64,000 nucleotides of DNA. Source: an uncultured Actinomycetota bacterium. Its GTDB lineage: Bacteria > Actinomycetota > Actinomycetes > Propionibacteriales > Nocardioidaceae. The position numbers were made by a program, and so were the translations under genes. Position 1 is the stretch's first letter. Each line of letters starts with the position of its first letter. A model generated the notes under the pieces. That model was given only the letters and a program-made list of their open reading frames with translations, made no database searches and had not been told where the DNA came from. Shown here one piece after another: positions 59,328-64,000 of the stretch. Where the stretch lies: NCBI GenBank assembly GCA_963769755.1, contig CAVYMY010000001.1:90243-154242 (forward strand), written 5' to 3'.

Positions 59328-60263
59328 TCAGGCCGCGCGCCTGAGCTCCGTCGACCGGCCCGCGGTGACACTGGGTCGGTCGTAGTCGCTCCAGATCAGG
59401 CGAACCATGCCGAAACCAGTCAGCTCTCGCAGCTCGTCCTCGCGATGCTTCTCGGCGAAGACGACCTCGCCGGGGTCCTGCCCGGGCTCGAGCAGCCGGC
59501 CGTACTTCACCTTCCCGTCGAACTCACCCAGACTCCTGTGCTTCGGCCAGCCCCAGTCCGTCGTGCCCCGCAGGACGCCGGACGTGTCGAAGACTTCGTA
59601 CTGCGGTCGTGGTGCGGGCAGCCCGAACGTCCAGCACAGCCATCGCCCTCGGGACTCGCCGGGCTCTCTGCTCGACCGTCCGCCATCCGGATCGGGATGT
59701 GGAGTGCTGCACGCGCGGCCAATGATGCATCATCGAGAACCGCTCGGCGAGCCCTTCGTCGCTCGTCAGCCGCGAGATGGAGCACGTTGTCGAAGAGGGC
59801 CAGCGGCAGCCTCGTTGCCAACCGTCGACGCTGCCTCGATGAGGCTCGTTCGGGGACCAGGACCTGGCGGCTGCTGGACTGCGACGATGTCGCCTGCCAA
59901 GCACTTGCCCTCGTGGTGGACCACGTCGCCCTCGACGCGCCGCCCCGCCGTCGAGCCGCGTGACGTGAACGCGATCGAGCGGAGGCCCCACGTCGTCAAC
60001 CCGTGCTCGACGACCGCGGAGACATGACTCAACGCAACCGCATCGCCGAGCGAGTCATCACGGCATGCGCTCGAACGCGGTGCCTGCTCGGGTGCATCGA
60101 GCCCGCCCAGATGCCGGTGAATGTGTAGTACCCGCGTCGGAACCGATGCCACACGCCGGAGCGCATCATGCGGGCGACGTCTCTGTCGGCGTACCCGGCC
60201 TCCCGCGCGGTCGCTCGCGTGAAGTAGCCGTCCGGACTCGGCGATGATGCGAAGAGGATCCAC
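59328..60263 (-). pseudogene. degraded AbiEi-antitoxin-like N-terminal / DUF559(Vsr)-like endonuclease C-terminal gene
   Basis: Fragments across frames: GYFTRATAREAGY...RFRRGYY, ALSHVSA, VHVTRLDGG, RAESPGES, TDWGWP, GEFDGKVKYG, EKHRED.LR..G..MVR.IW.D; at least six frame changes. Confidence 0.75.
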
Positions 60264-60343
60264 GGCCGGATGGTGCCCGCGGGTCAACCCCGACACCTGC
60301 GGTCCTGCGGCCTGTGGATAGCCCCGGCCGACGGCGCCGCCGA

Positions 60344-60432
60344 CGCTTCATCACGGTATGTAGGCGAGCCACCGCTTCCCATGGCGTGCAGACCGTGGGA
60401 AGCGCGGGTTCACCTACATACCATGATGGAAC
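60344..60432. repeat. 89-bp nested hairpin, copy B
   Basis: About three-quarters identical to copy A by eye; stems GGTATGTAGG/CCTACATACC and CGCTTCCCATGG/CCGTGGGAAGCG. Confidence 0.9.
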
Positions 60433-60455
60433 TGTCGCCGCCGACCAGTAACCGC

Positions 60456-62681
60456 TCAGGCGCGCTTGCGGAACCAGACCGTGGCCAGCGGCGGCACCAC
60501 CAGCGTCGCGTGGGCGGGCTGGCCGTCGTGCTGATCGTCGTGCTCGCCGTCGACCGCCTCGATGGCGCCCAGGTTGCCCACCCCGGAGCCGGCGTAGGTG
60601 GAGGCGTCGGTGTTGAGCACCTCGTCCCACGTGCCGGCCGAGGGCAGCCCGAGGGCGTAGTCGCCGTGGGGCACGGTGGAGAAGTTGGCGAGGCAGACCA
60701 GGTCTGGCGCACCGGGCGCCGTCCGGACGAACGAGTAGACGTTGCGATCGGCGTCGTCGGCGTTGATCCAGGCGAAGGAAGCGGCCTCGTCGTCGCGCGA
60801 CCAGATGGCCGGAGACTCGACGTACGCCTTGTTGAGGTCACGGACCAGGTCGTGGACGCCGCGGTGCTCGGAGTGCTCCAGCAGCCACCAGTCGAGCTCG
60901 CGGGCCTCGGCCCACTCCGACTCCTGGCCGAGCTCGGCGCCCATGAAGATCAGCTGCTTGCCGGGATGCGCCCACATGTACGCCAGGAACGCCCGCACGT
61001 TGGCGAGCTGCTGCCAGCGGTCGCCCGGCATCTTGCGCAGCAGCGAGCCCTTGCCGTGCACGACCTCGTCGTGGCTGATGGGCAGCACGAAGTTCTCGGC
61101 CCAGGCGTAGACCAGGGCGAAGGTCAGCTCGTTGTGGTGCCACGAGCGGTGCACGGGCTGGCGCTGGAAGTAGCCGAGGGTGTCGTGCATCCAGCCCATG
61201 TTCCACTTGAAGCCGAAGCCCAGACCGCCGGCGCTGGTCGGCCGGGTCACGCCGTCCCAGCTGGTCGACTCCTCGGCGATGGTCACCGCCCCGGGCACCC
61301 GCTTGTAGACGGTGGCGTTCATCTCCTGGAGGAACTGCACGGCCTCGAGGTTCTCGCGGCCGCCGTGCACGTTGGGTGTCCACTCGCCGGCCTCGCGCGA
61401 GTAGTCGAGATAGATCATGCTCGCGACGGCGTCCACCCGGAGGCCGTCGATGTGGTACTCCTCGAGCCAGTAGAGCGCGTTGGCGACCAGGAAGTTGCGC
61501 ACCTCGCGCCGGCCGAAGTTGAAGACGTAGGTGCCCCAGTCGGGGTGTTCGCCCCGGGACGGGTTGGGGTCCTCGTAGAGCGGGGTGCCGTCGAAGCGCG
61601 ACAGCGCGAACGTGTCCTTCGGGAAGTGCGCGGGCACCCAGTCGACGATGACGCCGATGCCGGCCTGGTGCAGGCGGTCGACGAGGTAGCGGAAGCCGTC
61701 GGGGTCGCCGAACCGCGCTGTCGGGGCGAAGTACGACGTCACCTGGTAGCCCCAGCTGCCGCCGTAGGGGTGCTCCATCACCGGCAGGAACTCGACGTGG
61801 GTGAAGCCGAGGTCGGTCAGGTAGGGGACCAGGTCGTCGGCGAGCTCGCCGTAGCTGTAGGCGCCGCCGCCCCAGTGCTTCTTCCACGATCCGAGGTGCA
61901 TCTCGTAGACGGACATCGGGCCGTGCACGGGCTGCCGGTTGCGGCGCTCGGTCATCCACGCGTCGTCGCCCCAGGTGTACGACGACTCGTAGACCACCGA
62001 CGACGTCGCAGGCGGCACCTCGGTGTGGAAGGCCATCGGGTCGGCCTTCTCGCGCCACTCGCCGTCGGCCCCGAGGATGAGGAACTTGTACTTGGTGCCG
62101 GACCCGACGCCGGGCACGAACAGCTCCCACACGCCCGAATGACCGAGCTGGCGCATCGGGTGCTCGCGACCGTCCCAGCTGTTGAAGTCGCCCTTGATCC
62201 GGACGCCCTTCGCGCTGGGAGCCCACACGGCGAAGGACGTGCCCTGGATCGGGTCACTCCCGGCGCCGTCGTAGCGGTGCAGGTGGGCGCCGAGCACGGT
62301 CCACAGCAGCTCGTGCCGGCCCTCGTTGATCAGGTGCAGGTCCATCTCGCCGAGCGTCGGCAGGTAGCGGTAGGGGTCATCGATCGTGGTGGCGCCCTGG
62401 CCGTAGTCGACCTCCACGCGGTAGCCGGGGACGTCGGCCACGGGCAGGGTGCCGGCCCAGATGCCGGCGTACTCGTGGGCGAGCTCGGCCCGCTGCTCGC
62501 CCTTCGTCTTGCCCTTGCCGCCGTCGTAGACGACCGTCACGGACTTGGCGAGCGGCTTGAACACCCGGACGGTCACGGCGCCGTCGTGGGGGTGTGGGCC
62601 GAGGATCGAGTGCGGGCTGCCGTGGCTGCCCTGGACCAGGAGCTCCAGCTCGTCGGCGGTCACCGGTCGTGCTCCGGTCAT
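60456..62681 (-). CDS. glgB: 1,4-alpha-glucan branching enzyme
   Basis: [60 protein letters not shown]. Confidence 0.97.
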   Translation of the reverse strand: MTGARPVTADELELLVQGSHGSPHSILGPHPHDGAVTVRVFKPLAKSVTVVYDGGKGKTKGEQRAELAHEYAGIWAGTLPVADVPGYRVEVDYGQGATTIDDPYRYLPTLGEMDLHLINEGRHELLWTVLGAHLHRYDGAGSDPIQGTSFAVWAPSAKGVRIKGDFNSWDGREHPMRQLGHSGVWELFVPGVGSGTKYKFLILGADGEWREKADPMAFHTEVPPATSSVVYESSYTWGDDAWMTERRNRQPVHGPMSVYEMHLGSWKKHWGGGAYSYGELADDLVPYLTDLGFTHVEFLPVMEHPYGGSWGYQVTSYFAPTARFGDPDGFRYLVDRLHQAGIGVIVDWVPAHFPKDTFALSRFDGTPLYEDPNPSRGEHPDWGTYVFNFGRREVRNFLVANALYWLEEYHIDGLRVDAVASMIYLDYSREAGEWTPNVHGGRENLEAVQFLQEMNATVYKRVPGAVTIAEESTSWDGVTRPTSAGGLGFGFKWNMGWMHDTLGYFQRQPVHRSWHHNELTFALVYAWAENFVLPISHDEVVHGKGSLLRKMPGDRWQQLANVRAFLAYMWAHPGKQLIFMGAELGQESEWAEARELDWWLLEHSEHRGVHDLVRDLNKAYVESPAIWSRDDEAASFAWINADDADRNVYSFVRTAPGAPDLVCLANFSTVPHGDYALGLPSAGTWDEVLNTDASTYAGSGVGNLGAIEAVDGEHDDQHDGQPAHATLVVPPLATVWFRKRA

Positions 62682-62746
62682 CGTGAGAGCTCCTTCCACG
62701 GGCGCGGGATCGGCGTCGTCGTCAGCCTAGGGATGATGGGCATCGC

Positions 62747-64000
62747 TCAGCCCACCAGCGTCTCGATCGCGCCCAGCGGGATCGGCAGCCAGGTCGGCCG
62801 GTTGCGGGCCTCGTAGACCGTCTCGTAGACCGCCTTGTCGGCGACGTAGGCGGACAGCAGCCGCGACTCGTCGTCGGTCAGCTCGCGACCGGAGTAGGCG
62901 TCGAGGAAGGCGGCGCAGTTGCGTTCGGCCCACTCGGTCGCCCGGAAGGCCCGCTGCTCCGCGCCGGTGTCGTCGGCACCGCTGCCGATGACCCTCTCGG
63001 CGACCCGCGGCGCGTAGTCGAACGAACGCAGCATCCCGGCCACGTCGCGCCAGGCGGAGTCGGGGAGCACCCGTTCGGCCAGCGGCTTGGCGGGCTCGCC
63101 CTCGAAGTCGACGATCTTCCAGCCCTTCACCGTGCGCAGCGTCTGGCCGAGGTGCAGGTCGCCGTGCACCTGCTGCACCAGCACGCCGGGGACCTCGGCG
63201 GCGGCGTCGAAGGTCGCGCGCAGGCCCTTCTCGTACGCCGCCAGGTCGGGCACCACGTCCAGCGCCGCGTCGAGCCGCTCGTTCATCGCGGCGGCCAGCT
63301 CGCGCTGCTCGGCGGCCGTGCGGACGTGCGTGGGGAAGTGCTCGGCCAGGTCGTGGTGCACCTCCGCCAGCGACTCGCCCAACCGGGCGGCCTCGGCGGC
63401 GAAGTCGCCGCCCACCTCGTCGGCGCGCAGGTCGCCCTCGGCGAACAGGTTGCGGATGCTGGCCATGGCGGCGTCCCAGCCGTCGGTGGCCGTGCGCAGG
63501 AACTGCTGCAGCATCGCGAGCTGGAGCGGCGCCTCGTCGTCGCCCTCGGTCTCGAGCCACCCGTAGAGCGCGGGGACGTGCTCGGAGCCGGCCTGCGTCA
63601 GCACCTCGTGCACCGCGATGTCGGGGTTGATCCCGGGCGTCACCTTGCGGAAGACCTTGAGCAGGGCGTCCTCGCCGAAGGCGACCGACGAGTTCGACTG
63701 CTCGCCGCTGAAGAGCGTGGAGTGCGCCTCGAGGTCGAGGTCGTGGCCAGGCAGCCGCCGGAAGTGCAGCGGGCCCTCGGTCGGCGGCTGGTCGAAGGCG
63801 AGCAGCCAGCCCGCCATCGCCTCGCGGTCGTGCAGGGCGTCGTACGCGTGCACGAACCCGAGGTCGGCGTCCTCCCACCAACCCACGAACGCGTGGTTGA
63901 GCCGCTCTTCCGGGTCGGTGTAGAACGCCAGCGGCACCTGGTAGAGCTCGACGTTCTGTCCTCAGCGGCGTCGTCATAGGTGACTTCTGCCAGGTCGACG
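62747..64000 (-). CDS. mak: maltokinase (Mak/Pep2), 5' truncated, one frameshift near 63956
   Basis: GEQSNSS, LKVFR, NPD...H, HGDLHLGQ, VDFEGEP, RDVAGMLRSFDYA, DKAVYE..YE...RP.W; adjacent to glgB. Confidence 0.9.

Noticed and set aside
60313-60321. DnaA box / replication origin (TGTGGATAG)
   Set aside because: Single imperfect box, no cluster, no dnaA/dnaN context or AT-rich unwinding element
7500-63960. Programmed ribosomal frameshifting as the explanation for the split genes
   Set aside because: No shared slippery heptamer or downstream structure at the sites, and the affected families are not known to be recoded

Overview
High-GC actinobacterial chromosome segment. The gene content and order (ccr-mce-thiolase-meaB, DUF5709, ppdK, glgB-mak) look Nocardioides-like; this is an inference, not a database result. 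About 50 genes are present. Core blocks are ethylmalonyl-/methylmalonyl-CoA metabolism (7.6-11.9 kb), an acyl-CoA mutase with isobutyryl-CoA mutase signatures (49.4-51.1 kb), ppdK, and the glgB/maltokinase locus. The accessory regions hold the notable items. (1) A translationally coupled five-gene operon (17.5-20.9 kb) encodes a SipW-type signal peptidase, three TasA/CalY-like subunits and a non-catalytic tandem-CBM3 protein with the same SipW-type N-terminus; it is a candidate cellulose-binding protein fibre. (2) helR with an upstream rifamycin-associated element sits back-to-back with that operon. (3) A 16-kb amine/betaine-type catabolic cluster has four copies of a BetI-like operator. (4) A 406-bp element has long terminal inverted repeats around four 73-bp tandem units. 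(5) A decayed AbiEi/DUF559-like gene is flanked by two related 89-bp hairpins that show a compensatory base change. About 11 otherwise intact genes carry single frameshifts, most simply explained by assembly indel errors. No tRNA, rRNA, CRISPR array or transposase was found.
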